A stretch of DNA of 64,000 nucleotides from Nitrospinota bacterium. Its GTDB lineage: Bacteria; UBA8248. The position numbers and the translations under genes were made by a program. Below the pieces are notes generated by a model, which saw only the letters and a list, made by a program, of their open reading frames with translations, ran no database searches and was not told the DNA's origin. The DNA is taken from NCBI GenBank assembly GCA_046581755.1, contig JAYGFR010000031.1, positions 5,671 through 69,670 of the forward strand, written 5' to 3'. Positions 9,379 to 18,340 of this stretch are shown piece after piece. Every line of letters begins with the position of its first letter. Position 1 is the stretch's first letter.

Positions 9379-9753
9379 ATGTTCGACTGGCTTTGGGTGG
9401 CAATCGGCGGCGCGGCGGGAAGCGTCCTGCGCTACGGTACGACCATCGCGGTCCAGCGGTGGACCCAGAGCTCTTGGCCCTGGGCTACGTTTGCGGTCAA
9501 TATCCTGGGCTCGTTCCTCATCGGCTGGCTCGCCTATATGGTGGTTGGCCGGGGGGCGATATCCGTCCAGACGCGGCTGATCGTCATGGTCGGACTTCTG
9601 GGCGGGTTCACGACCTTCTCCACCTTCAGTCTCGATACCCTACGCCTCATCCAGGAAGGGGGGTGGAGGGCGGCGGCGGCCAATGCCGTCCTCTCGGTGG
9701 CGGGAGGACTCATCGCCGCCTGGGCCGGCTTTAATATCGCATCGTCTCTCTGA
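9379..9753 (+). CDS. crcB: Fluoride ion channel CrcB/FluC
   Basis: 124 aa with the characteristic AIGGAAGSVLRY … GGFTTFSTF motifs. Confidence 0.85.
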   Translation: MFDWLWVAIGGAAGSVLRYGTTIAVQRWTQSSWPWATFAVNILGSFLIGWLAYMVVGRGAISVQTRLIVMVGLLGGFTTFSTFSLDTLRLIQEGGWRAAAANAVLSVAGGLIAAWAGFNIASSL

Positions 9754-9783
9754 GGGCCCCGCCGGTCAGTCCGCCTTCCCTCT

Positions 9784-10633
9784 TCATGCGGCCGCGGCGC
9801 CTCCCGCGACGATGAGAACCATCCCCCCGGCAGCGGCCAATCCGATCCGCTCGCCCAGAATCAGCCAGAGAAAAAAGGCCGAGAGAAACGGCGCAAAGTA
9901 GGCCATCGCCCCGAGGAGAGCCACCTCCCCGGCCGAGACCGCGCGCTCCCAGGCGAGAATCGCCGCCCCGATCGTGACCGCGCCGAGATAGAGAATCGCC
10001 CCCCACGCGGCGGGCGGCGGATCGGGCCACCCCGCCGCGAACAGCCAGAGCCCCGAAAGAAAAACGCTCCCTACCGAGGCGGTGAGCAGAAACGCCCGGC
10101 CCCCGCCCCATTTTCTGAGCAAAACCGTATAGCTCGACCAGGCCACCGCGCTCCCCAGCGCGAGGGCGTAGCCCAGAATATGGCCCTCCTCGAAAGCCGC
10201 CCTCTGCCCTCCGGCAACCAGGGCCGCCCCCGCCGCCCCGAGCAGCGCGCCGGCCGCGATCCGCGGGCGGAAGGGCTCTCGAAGAACAATCCAGGCCAGG
10301 AGAACGACCAGAAGCGGCCACAGGTAATTGATCAGCGTCGCCTCGACGATGGGAGCGCGGCGAATCGCCTCGAAATAAAACGCGCGAAAGAAGAACAGGC
10401 CCCACAGGCCGAGGAGCCGGCCCCGCCAGCGCTCGCGTGCATCCCGGGGCTCAAACGCGGGGGGGCAGCCCGAACAGGCGGGGAAGGATGCCGAAGGTGA
10501 GCGCCGCCGCCGCAAACCCGCCTCCCAGCACCCAGGGCGGATGCGTCTCTCGAAGGGCCGTTCCCGCCGCTGCCGCCAGCGTCCCCCAGCAGAATATGGC
10601 GAACAGCCCCCACCCCAACGATTTCATGTTCAT
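9784..10633 (-). CDS. EamA/DMT-family transporter, interrupted by a +1 frameshift in a C7/G7 run at about 10458-10464
   Basis: The N-terminal ORF 10451..10696 (MNMKSLGWGLFAIF…) and the C-terminal ORF 9784..10515 (…LINYLWPLLVVLLAWIVL…) lie in different frames. Removing one C from the C7 run restores a continuous EamA protein (…GLPPAFEPRDARERWRGRLLGLW…). Confidence 0.55.
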
Positions 10634-10749
10634 GGAATTTTCCACGTGCTTTGAGATACGGTCTCGGCTGCCTATAATCGCGCCATCGAATTCCAAGCGC
10701 CCCGACGCATTTCACCGGGCGGGCTGTCCCGCCCGCAAAGGAGACCCGC

Positions 10750-11022
10750 ATGAACGATCAAACCGACTTCCGGAAATTCTACCGCGACGCCCACGCCACC
10801 GCGCTTCTGACCGACCGCGAGAAAAAACTCATCGGCATCGCGGTCGCCATCGTCCGAAACTGCCAACCCTGAGTGGACCACCGCCTGGCGGCCGCCGGGA
10901 AAGCCGATATCCCAGAAGAGGTGCTGGACGCCACGTTCGATCTCACCACCGCGGTGATGGCCGGAATCGGACAGAGCATGAACCGGCGCTACAAGGATTC
11001 CCTGAAACCGAAAGAGGGGTAG
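10750..11022 (+). CDS. AhpD-like (carboxymuconolactone-decarboxylase family) selenoprotein, 90 aa, with selenocysteine at codon 41 (TGA 10870-10872)
   Basis: Not present in the ORF track. An ATG at 10750 has an AAGGAGA RBS 6 nt upstream. The hand translation is MNDQTDFRKFYRDAHATALLTDREKKLIGIAVAIVRNCQP-U-VDHRLAAAGKADIPEEVLDATFDLTTAVMAGIGQSMNRRYKDSLKPKEG. The AhpD/CMD catalytic motif C-x-x-C-x-x-x-H is present with its second Cys replaced by TGA. It ends at TAG 11020-11022. Confidence 0.7.
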
Positions 11023-11035
11023 CGGGCGGGGAGGG

Positions 11036-11704
11036 CTAGCGGACCTCGGCGCGGAGAACGTAGACATGGCGGGCGAGGGATTCCACTAGGCGGGAGGGAT
11101 CGAAATCCCGGGGAGTGGTGATCTGGACCCGTACCCGCATCGGGCCGCCTTCGGGATCTTTTTTCACGTCCATCTCCCGGATATCGCAGCGCTCCTTGGA
11201 AAGAATGTCCTCGAGCTCCTGGAACATCTCTTCCTCCTCCCCGCCGTTTGCCACAATTTCCAGAAGCTTGAAGCGGCGCCGCCCGGAAATTCGACGGCCG
11301 ACTTTTTTGAGCAGGCCCAGCGAAACCAGCATGATCACCACCACCGACACAGCCTCGACGTGGAGGCCCACTCCCACGGCCAGGCCGATCCCCGCCGTGG
11401 TCCAAATGCTCGCCGCCGTGGTCAGCCCCCGCACCGAAGCGCCCATCCGGAGGATGGCGCCCGCCCCCAAAAAACCGATGCCGCTGACGACCTGGGCCGC
11501 GATGCGGCCGGGGTCGTTCGTGGGACTCCCCTCGGCCACGCGCATGGAGACTTCCATGAGCAGGGCGGAGCCGAGGCAGAGGATGATATGGGTGCGAAGA
11601 CCGGCGGGCTGATTGTTGCGCTCGCGCTCCAGCCCGATGAGGCCGCCGAGGAAGGCGGCCTCGATCATGCGGAAAATGAATCCGATTTGGTCGGGGAGGA
11701 TCAA
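11036..11704 (-). CDS. MgtC/SapB-family membrane protein
   Basis: 222 aa with an N-terminal MgtC domain (…LGGLIGLERE…GIGFLGAGAI…) and a C-terminal soluble domain. Confidence 0.8.
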   Translation of the reverse strand: MILPDQIGFIFRMIEAAFLGGLIGLERERNNQPAGLRTHIILCLGSALLMEVSMRVAEGSPTNDPGRIAAQVVSGIGFLGAGAILRMGASVRGLTTAASIWTTAGIGLAVGVGLHVEAVSVVVIMLVSLGLLKKVGRRISGRRRFKLLEIVANGGEEEEMFQELEDILSKERCDIREMDVKKDPEGGPMRVRVQITTPRDFDPSRLVESLARHVYVLRAEVR

Positions 11705-11705
11705 C

Positions 11706-12332
11706 CTATTTTTTCCCGTGTGGGTTCGGGCGCGCTTTGCGCCGGGAAATTTCTTTTTTGATTTCCGCCTTGGATTTTCCGTTCACCGGGATGCCGAACA
11801 CCTCGCCCACCTTGGTCTGCTTGTCGAGCAGGCGCATAAACGCGAGATCCTCGATCTCGGCGAGCACCATCTCGCAGGTGCTGAATATGGTGCACCCCTC
11901 GACGAGATGGCCGCCGAAGCAGGTCGCCTCGGGTCGGCCCATCGAAATCGTGACGTGGGCATGAAGATAGGGCTTGCCGTCCTCGGTCTGGGTGATGTTG
12001 CCGCTCATCTGAAGAAGCTCGAGCGGGCCCTCGATGGGAGTGAAGATGCGGCAGTCGTTGTTGATGGGCCAGGGGTTGGGAAACTGCCATACGTTGCGAA
12101 GCGTCGCCCTCCGAAGGCTCGCCGCCACGCTGAGGATCACGCCCGCCTTCACCCCCCGCTCCGCGCAAATTTTCAGGGTCGTGCCGTACAAATCGTCGCC
12201 CGGGGCCATCCGGATCGTCAGCACGCGCCCGAGGCGCGCCTCCGCCACATCGTAACGGGGCGTGCGCTTCTTCCAGTCGGTTTCGTCGAAAATCACCTCT
12301 TGTGCTTGAGCGAATTTTTTTGTCGCCATCAA
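11706..12332 (-). CDS. PPC-domain (DUF296) protein
   Basis: 208 aa with a DUF296/PCC-like core (…LELLQMSGNI…HAHVTIS…). Confidence 0.6.
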   Translation of the reverse strand: MMATKKFAQAQEVIFDETDWKKRTPRYDVAEARLGRVLTIRMAPGDDLYGTTLKICAERGVKAGVILSVAASLRRATLRNVWQFPNPWPINNDCRIFTPIEGPLELLQMSGNITQTEDGKPYLHAHVTISMGRPEATCFGGHLVEGCTIFSTCEMVLAEIEDLAFMRLLDKQTKVGEVFGIPVNGKSKAEIKKEISRRKARPNPHGKK

Positions 12333-12498
12333 CCGTTCCTCTCCTCAAATTGATTCGCATCCCGCGGGATGGAAATTGCGATCGCCTCAAACCGTCCAGC
12401 CATTCGTGTGTCCGTTTATTCTAGCCCCCCGGATTCTAATCCCAAGCCCGGGGGAATGAAAACCAAGGGCCGCCATCCCGCAGTCCCCATCGAGGAAC

Positions 12499-13815
12499 CT
12501 AATCCCCTCGGTCGAAGCGGACGATCCCGCCCGAAACCGTCGTCCGGACAATCGCCCCGGGACGGAAAATATCGGCGAGCGCCACCTCCGCGGCGCCGGG
12601 CGGGGGCGCGATGACGGCGAAATCCGCCACCCCGCCGGAGGTCAGCCGGCCCACCCCCTCGTCCGTGAACCCCAGGGCCCCGGCGCCGTTCACCGTGCAG
12701 ATTTCCAGGAGCGCATCCGCCGTCAGGCCCGGGTCCGCCTCCCAGAGCGCCGCCGCCTCATCGAGCAACGAGAGCGAAGGGCTGCTCGCCCGGCTGTCCG
12801 TTCCGAGGCAGAGCCGGAGACCGGCACGCCGCATCCCGGCGGCATCGGCGAAAGGATGCCCGAAATAGGCGGTCGACCGGGGACACAGGCAAACCACCGC
12901 CCCGGCGCGCGTGAGAAGCTCCCAATCCTCCTCGTCCGTCTGGTTGCAGTGGACCGCCAGATCGATGTCCTCCAGGACCCCCGCATCGGCCAGGTAGCGC
13001 ACGGGCGAGCAGCCCGGCGGATCGAAGCCGTTGACCGCGCTCTCCAACGCTTTGTGCATTTCGGCGAACGCGCCGCCACCGTCCTTGAGGAACCGCACCT
13101 CTTCGGGGCTTTCGGCCAGATGGGTGGCCGAGGGCCAGGTCCGACCGCGCGCCTCCTCGAGCGCCAAGCGGTAGAGCGGAATCGATGTCGTGTAGGGCGC
13201 ATGGGGACTGACCCCATCCCTGAGAAATTCCGCCCCGCCACCGGTCTCGCCACCAGTCTCGAACACCCCATCCGCGGAGGGAAGCCTTTGGCGGACAATC
13301 GAATCCGCCTCGGCAGGGGCCAGCCCCAGCACCTCGCTGAACACCACCCCGCGCATCTCCATGAACGATAGGATCACCCGGCTGTGGCCCGAGGCCGAAA
13401 TATCTCCCACACAGGTGACGCCCGAGCCAAACGATGCGATCGCGCCGAGCCGGGAGGAGGAGAGAAAAAGAGGGGGCGGCCAGCCGCGCGTCTCGCGGAC
13501 CAGGGCCACGATCCACTCGGCCATCGGCGCGCGCGTGGCCTCGAATCCGCTCAGCTCGAGGTGGGTGTGGGCGTTCACGAGACCTGGGACGAGAACCGCC
13601 CTTCCGAAATTCCGCTCGGGAACCAGCGGCCCCTTGGGGCGGACCTCCGCCTCCGGGCCCACCGCTTCGATGCGGCCGCCCCGGGTGAGGACCGCTCCGC
13701 CGCGAATGGGCGGGCTCCCGGCCGGGCACACGAGATCGGCCCGCCAGAGGTTTTGTCTTCGAGAGGGGGTCTGCTCCGCGCGGTTTCCGTTTTCCGGGCC
13801 GCTAGCTGAGCTCAT
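12499..13815 (-). CDS. Amidohydrolase-family deaminase (candidate aminodeoxyfutalosine deaminase / MTA-SAH deaminase-like)
   Basis: 438 aa with metal-binding HxH (…VNAHTHLELS…) and a downstream HCNQ…D motif. It is co-oriented with the adjacent MqnC/MqnE radical-SAM gene. Confidence 0.65.
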   Translation of the reverse strand: MSSASGPENGNRAEQTPSRRQNLWRADLVCPAGSPPIRGGAVLTRGGRIEAVGPEAEVRPKGPLVPERNFGRAVLVPGLVNAHTHLELSGFEATRAPMAEWIVALVRETRGWPPPLFLSSSRLGAIASFGSGVTCVGDISASGHSRVILSFMEMRGVVFSEVLGLAPAEADSIVRQRLPSADGVFETGGETGGGAEFLRDGVSPHAPYTTSIPLYRLALEEARGRTWPSATHLAESPEEVRFLKDGGGAFAEMHKALESAVNGFDPPGCSPVRYLADAGVLEDIDLAVHCNQTDEEDWELLTRAGAVVCLCPRSTAYFGHPFADAAGMRRAGLRLCLGTDSRASSPSLSLLDEAAALWEADPGLTADALLEICTVNGAGALGFTDEGVGRLTSGGVADFAVIAPPPGAAEVALADIFRPGAIVRTTVSGGIVRFDRGD

Positions 13816-14047
13816 GATATTTGCGCGGCCTCAGGAAACCCGTGCCCGGACCCTTCCCGAACCGGTAGGCCGCGCGCCGGAGACTGGCCAGGTCATGTTC
13901 CCAGCGCCAATCGTTGACCTGGAGCCTTGTTCTCAGGCGGCCCGACTCCCACGCACACATGGCGGCGTAGGCGATCACGAGAGCAACGCCCCAACCGGGG
14001 AGGATCAATAAGAGGATTAAACCGAGAACGACGGACAAGGAAGCCAT
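13802..14047 (-). CDS. Small hydrophobic protein (hypothetical)
   Basis: 81-aa ORF that exactly fills the gap between the radical-SAM gene and the amidohydrolase. It has one or two TM helices. Confidence 0.3.
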   Translation of the reverse strand: MASLSVVLGLILLLILPGWGVALVIAYAAMCAWESGRLRTRLQVNDWRWEHDLASLRRAAYRFGKGPGTGFLRPRKYHELS

Positions 14048-14049
14048 GA

Positions 14050-15231
14050 TCAGATCAACTCATAGAAAAAATTTCGCCGCCGGAGGGTGAAGCCCGCGGC
14101 CCCGGCCATGCGGTGAAGATCGGCTTCGTTCAGGCAATGGACCGTACCCGCCGAGCTTACCACGTTCTCCTCCAACATGGTCGAGCCCATGTCGTTCGCC
14201 CCGAAGCGCAGCGAAAGCTCGCCCACCTTCATCCCCTGGGTCACCCAGGAGGATTGGATGTTCTCGAAGTTGTCCAGGTAGAGGCGGCTGATGGCCAGGG
14301 TGCGCAGATACTCGCTGCTGCCCACCGTCTGCGCCTTGAGCGCCGCCGATCCGTCGTTCTGGAACGTCCAGCAGATAAACGCCGTGAACCCGCCGGTCTC
14401 GTCCTGGAGCTCCCGGAGGCGGTCCAGGTGTTCGATCCGCTCGGCGGGGGTTTCGACGTGGCCGAACATCATCGTCGCCGACGAGCGAAGGCCCAGCCGG
14501 TGCGCCTGGCGCATTACGTCGAGCCAGCCATCCGAATCCACCTTGAGGCGCGCGATTTGGCGCCGGACCCGGTCCACCAGAATCTCGCCGCCCCCGCCCG
14601 GTATCGAATCGAGGCCCGCCTCCCGGAGGCGGACGATCACCCGCTCGTAGGGAATGTCCTCGAGCTTGGAGATATGGTGAATCTCGGGCGGGCTCAGCGC
14701 GTGGAGATGGAGATCCGGATACTCCATCTTCAGCCAGCGGAACAGATCTTCGTACCATTCGATCCGAAGGTCCGGGTGATGCCCTCCCTGGAGGAGGATC
14801 TGCTTCCCGCCAGCGGCATAGAGCTCGTCCAGCTTTTGGCGAATCTCCTCCTTGGTGCGGATGTAGGCCTCGGGGTGATCCCCGGGCGGGCGGTAGAAGG
14901 CGCAGAAGGTGCAATAGACATCGCAGACATTCGTGTAGTTAATGTTGCGGTCGATGCAGTAGGTGGCAAAACCTTCGGGGTGCTTTCGGGCGCGGACCTC
15001 ATCCGCCGCCGCGCCCAGGGCGGGCAGATCGTCTCCCTCGAGCAGGGCCAGGCCCTCCTCCATCGAGAGCCGCTCGCCCCCGGCTGCTTTTTCCAGCGCC
15101 TCGTAAAACGCCGATGTCGCCGTCGTCATGATTTCCTCGGATCCGGTCGCCCGGGGTGATATGGAGCGGGGAGTATACGGGGGTTTCCCCATCCGGGCGA
15201 GGGTGGGCATCCTCCCGCCAATTGTTGACAA
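14050..15231 (-). CDS. Radical-SAM menaquinone (futalosine pathway) enzyme, MqnC/MqnE family
   Basis: CxxxCxFCAF radical-SAM motif (…NYTNVCDVYCTFCAFYR…). The likely true start is the internal Met at about 15129 (MTTATSAFYEAL…). It is a paralog of the gene at 19946..21094. Confidence 0.8.
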   Translation of the reverse strand: MSTIGGRMPTLARMGKPPYTPRSISPRATGSEEIMTTATSAFYEALEKAAGGERLSMEEGLALLEGDDLPALGAAADEVRARKHPEGFATYCIDRNINYTNVCDVYCTFCAFYRPPGDHPEAYIRTKEEIRQKLDELYAAGGKQILLQGGHHPDLRIEWYEDLFRWLKMEYPDLHLHALSPPEIHHISKLEDIPYERVIVRLREAGLDSIPGGGGEILVDRVRRQIARLKVDSDGWLDVMRQAHRLGLRSSATMMFGHVETPAERIEHLDRLRELQDETGGFTAFICWTFQNDGSAALKAQTVGSSEYLRTLAISRLYLDNFENIQSSWVTQGMKVGELSLRFGANDMGSTMLEENVVSSAGTVHCLNEADLHRMAGAAGFTLRRRNFFYELI

Positions 15232-15255
15232 GTCCAGATATTGGGACTATATAAT
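15225..15255 (+). promoter_or_regulatory. Near-consensus sigma70-type promoter (TTGACA-17 nt-TATATAAT)
   Basis: TTGACA at 15225-15230 and TATATAAT at 15248-15255. No ORF follows for about 360 nt. Confidence 0.35.
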
Positions 15256-15618
15256 CTTAATATAAAAGCGCTACCCCCAGCCGGGGTCACCCGGCCCCTC
15301 CTCGAATCGGACCATCTGGTACACGCGCCGGTGCCCCTACACCGCCCTGCCCCGGCGGGAAATTCATTCATCCCATCTCCCCCGCCGGGGTGTTGCCCGC
15401 CGGGGTCTTGGAAAAGCATCCTCCATTCTTCTTCCCCTTGGCCATTTATTTCCATACCCGCACTCAAGCTCCCACCACCACACTCCCCTTGCACCACTCC
15501 TCCCAGCCACCACACCTCCCCGAACGCACCGTCCCGCAGCCGGCAGGTTCAAATTTCCCGGTTTTCGCCCCCTTGACGCACATAAAAATTATATATATAT
15601 TGTATATACTTTTTATTT

Positions 15619-15876
15619 ATGGGGATACTTGCCGTGGCCACCCAGATTGGAAAGTGGGGAAACAGCTTGGCCGTCAGGATTCCATCCGCCCTGGCGGAGC
15701 AATTCGGCTTGAAGGAAGGCTCTCCGGTGGAGATCATTACCGACGACCGGGGGCTCCTGGTCCGGAAGCCCGGCTACCGGCTGGAGGATCTCCTCGCGGG
15801 CATCACCCCCGAAAACCTGCCCCAAGAGCCTTCTCCCGGCCCGGCCGTGGGAGGTACGGACGGGGGAGGCGGATGA
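15619..15876 (+). CDS. mazE: AbrB/MazE/SpoVT-family antitoxin
   Basis: 85 aa with a KWGNSLAVRIP swapped-hairpin motif. An AT-rich promoter-like stretch lies immediately upstream. Confidence 0.7.
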   Translation: MGILAVATQIGKWGNSLAVRIPSALAEQFGLKEGSPVEIITDDRGLLVRKPGYRLEDLLAGITPENLPQEPSPGPAVGGTDGGGG

Positions 15877-16199
15877 GATCCGGTCTCGTCCCGGATCGCG
15901 GCGACATCCTCTTCCTGGATGGGGGCGCCGGACAGCGCGGCCGGGCCCCGGCTCTCATCGTCTCGCCCCGGGCCTACAACCGCGCCACCGGCCTTGCGCT
16001 CGCCTGTCCCATTATTCAAACCCCCGGGGGCTATCCGTTCGAGGTGCTCCTCCCCGGCAACCTGGGCATCGCCGGAGCGGTCCTCGCCGACCGGCCCCAA
16101 AGCCTCGACTGGCGCTCCCGCCGCCCCGAATTCGCCGCCCACGCCCCCAAGGCCGTCCTCGAGGAAATCGCCGCGAAGATAGCCATCTTGCTTGAGTGA
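15873..16199 (+). CDS. mazF: MazF/PemK-family endoribonuclease toxin
   Basis: The start ATG at 15873 forms an ATGA overlap with the antitoxin stop. 108 aa (RGDILFLDGGAGQRGRAPALIVS…). Confidence 0.7.
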   Translation: MRSGLVPDRGDILFLDGGAGQRGRAPALIVSPRAYNRATGLALACPIIQTPGGYPFEVLLPGNLGIAGAVLADRPQSLDWRSRRPEFAAHAPKAVLEEIAAKIAILLE

Positions 16200-16309
16200 G
16201 GGGGGGGGGATACCCATCAGATTTCATCAATATGATCACACACGGATATCCATTGCACCCGGATGGCGGGACGCCGGGGGTCGTGCGGAAGTATCGGGCC
16301 GGGCCGGCG

Positions 16310-16852
16310 CTAGATACTAATCACCTTCCCGTTGAGCTTGATCTCGCTTTTGAGCGGGACGGCGGCCTGGACCATGGCTTCGGCGAAACACCCCTGCTTG
16401 GCGTTTTTGATGAGGGCGAGGACGCGCTCCTCGGGGGCGTCGGATTCGACGGTGAAGTACGTCCGGGTTTCGAGGCATTCGGCTTTCACGGTGCCCCTCA
16501 GGACGGAGCCGGAGAGAAGGTAGTCCATCTCGACGCGGACCTTGCTGCTCTTGTATTCGATTTTCATCATGCTCGCGTACCGCGAGAGTTGGGTGAGCAG
16601 TCAGAAGCCGACTCCCATGCAGATGTAGGTGAGGGGCTGGGGGTGCTCGTCCTTTCCGCCCAGATCGGCGGGCTCGTCGCACATGACCTCGAAGTGGCGG
16701 TGTCGGCCGACCTTGAGCTGGGAGCCCGGGGGCGCCTCGGTGTCGGCGAACTGCTTGACCAGAAGGCCCTGCCGGGGGAGCTCGGGTTTGTCGATCACCC
16801 GCTCGCCGGGGGCGGTGCTCATGTCGCGGTGGAGGAGGGGCTTATCGTTCAT
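16310..16852 (-). CDS. OsmC/Ohr-like peroxiredoxin-family selenoprotein, copy 1 (Sec encoded by TGA at 16603-16601)
   Basis: Track ORFs 16601..16945 and 16310..16570 are in the same frame and separated only by TGA. The joined protein of about 180 aa reads …PQPLTYICMGVGF-U-LLTQLSRYASMMKIEYK…NAKQGCFAEAM…. Sec sits at the first catalytic Cys of OsmC, and the second Cys is retained. The start was set at MNDKPLL (16852). Confidence 0.7.
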
Positions 16853-16889
16853 GGGACGCCTCTTCAAGAAAAAGGAATTGGAGCTGGGC

Positions 16890-18311
16890 TCATCCGACCG
16901 GCGGCCGAAGCGCCCGGATTTCCGGGGTCGCACTCTCGTAGGCATGGGCGCACCGGAGCGCGGCGGCCTCGCGCCAGGGGGCGGTGACGATGTCGAGCGA
17001 AAGGGGCAGGCCGATTTTGTTCAGCCCCATGGGCACGACCAGCGAGGGGCAGCCGGTCATGTTGTGGCAGGAGAGAAACGGGCGGTGGAGGTAGCTGAAG
17101 GGAAGGTCTCGCCCGTTCATCTCGGCCATCAGGGTTTCGATGGGCGGGGCGGCGCAGGGGACCGAGGGCATGATCATGGCGTCGGCATCTTTTAAAAACG
17201 CGGCCGCCTCGCGCCGGAGCAGGACCCGCTCTCGCATGGCGTGGACATAATCGTCCAGCGGAATCTGGGCCGACCACTCGTAGCGCTCGCGCACGTCGTC
17301 TCCATAGCCATCGGGGTTTTCCTCGTAATACGGCCGGTGAAACGCGGCGAACTCGGGCCCGGCGATCTTGGGAAACAGCTCCCCGAAGCGGCCGGCGTTC
17401 GGGAAGGAGACCTCCTCGATATTCGCGCCCAGATCCCGGAACACAATCGCCGCACGGGCGAAGGCCTCTAAAATCTCGGAGTCCACCTCGGAGTTAGAGT
17501 AAAAATCAGGACAAATAAAAATCCGGCTGCCCGCGACGCCCTTGTCGATCCCCTCGGTGTAATCGGGCACGGAAACGTCCCGCGTTTTCGAATCCAGCGG
17601 ATCGAAACCGGCCATGACGTTCAGGAACATCGCCGCGTCTTTTGCGCTGCGCGTCATCGGGCCGCAATGGTCCAGGCTCAGGACGTTCGGGCAGATCCCC
17701 CGGATGCTCACCCGCCCGTGGGTGGGCTTGAGGCCGACGATGCCGCAAAAGGCCGCCGGGGTGCGCACCGATCCGCCCGTGTCGGTGCCCAGCGCGGCGG
17801 GGATCATGCCCGCCGAGACCGCCGCCGCCGAGCCGCCGCTCGAGCCGCCGACGATACGATCCGGGTTCCAGGGATTGTGCGAGGTGCCCCAGTGGGGGTT
17901 GATGGTGGTCGATGCGGCGGCGAACTCGTGGGTATGGGTCTTCCCGATCAGGATGGCCCCGGCCCGCTTGAGGCGGGCGATGACTTCGGCGTCCTCTGCG
18001 GGCACGTTGTCCCGGTGGAACGATGATCCGTTCGTGGTGCGGATTCCGGCGGTGTCGATGATGTCCTTCGCACCGTAGGGGATGCCGTGCAGGGGGCCCC
18101 GATAGCGGCCCGCGGCGATTTCGTCTCCGGCCCGCCGGGCCTCCTCCATCGCCAGCTCGCCCGTGACGGTCAAAAAGCCCAGGTACTCTTCGTTCAGCGC
18201 CTCGATGCGCCCCAGGAGGGCCTCGACGATTTCGGCCGGGGAGAGAGAGCGGTTTTTAATTTTCCCGGAGAGCTCGAATACGCTCAAATCGCAAAGGGCA
18301 TCATCCACCAC
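16890..18311 (-). CDS. Amidase-signature family amidase (GatA-like)
   Basis: GGSSGGS amidase signature. A probable GTG start at about 18311 is preceded by GGGAGGA. It lies directly upstream of, and is co-oriented with, OsmC-like selenoprotein copy 1. Confidence 0.8.
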   Translation of the reverse strand: MVDDALCDLSVFELSGKIKNRSLSPAEIVEALLGRIEALNEEYLGFLTVTGELAMEEARRAGDEIAAGRYRGPLHGIPYGAKDIIDTAGIRTTNGSSFHRDNVPAEDAEVIARLKRAGAILIGKTHTHEFAAASTTINPHWGTSHNPWNPDRIVGGSSGGSAAAVSAGMIPAALGTDTGGSVRTPAAFCGIVGLKPTHGRVSIRGICPNVLSLDHCGPMTRSAKDAAMFLNVMAGFDPLDSKTRDVSVPDYTEGIDKGVAGSRIFICPDFYSNSEVDSEILEAFARAAIVFRDLGANIEEVSFPNAGRFGELFPKIAGPEFAAFHRPYYEENPDGYGDDVRERYEWSAQIPLDDYVHAMRERVLLRREAAAFLKDADAMIMPSVPCAAPPIETLMAEMNGRDLPFSYLHRPFLSCHNMTGCPSLVVPMGLNKIGLPLSLDIVTAPWREAAALRCAHAYESATPEIRALRPPVG

Positions 18312-18340
18312 GGCAGCCACTCCTCCCAGATTTTGGCTGG

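Noticed and set aside
9333-9734. 133-aa ORF overlapping crcB in another frame (MKAGPELF…).
   Set aside because: It has an Arg/Gly-rich nonsense composition. The crcB frame carries the conserved family motifs.
15126-15576. ORFs 15126..15515 (-) and 15241..15576 (+) in the C-rich region.
   Set aside because: Their translations are Pro/Gly/Trp low-complexity strings generated by the strand-biased composition. There is no RBS. They are treated as non-coding.
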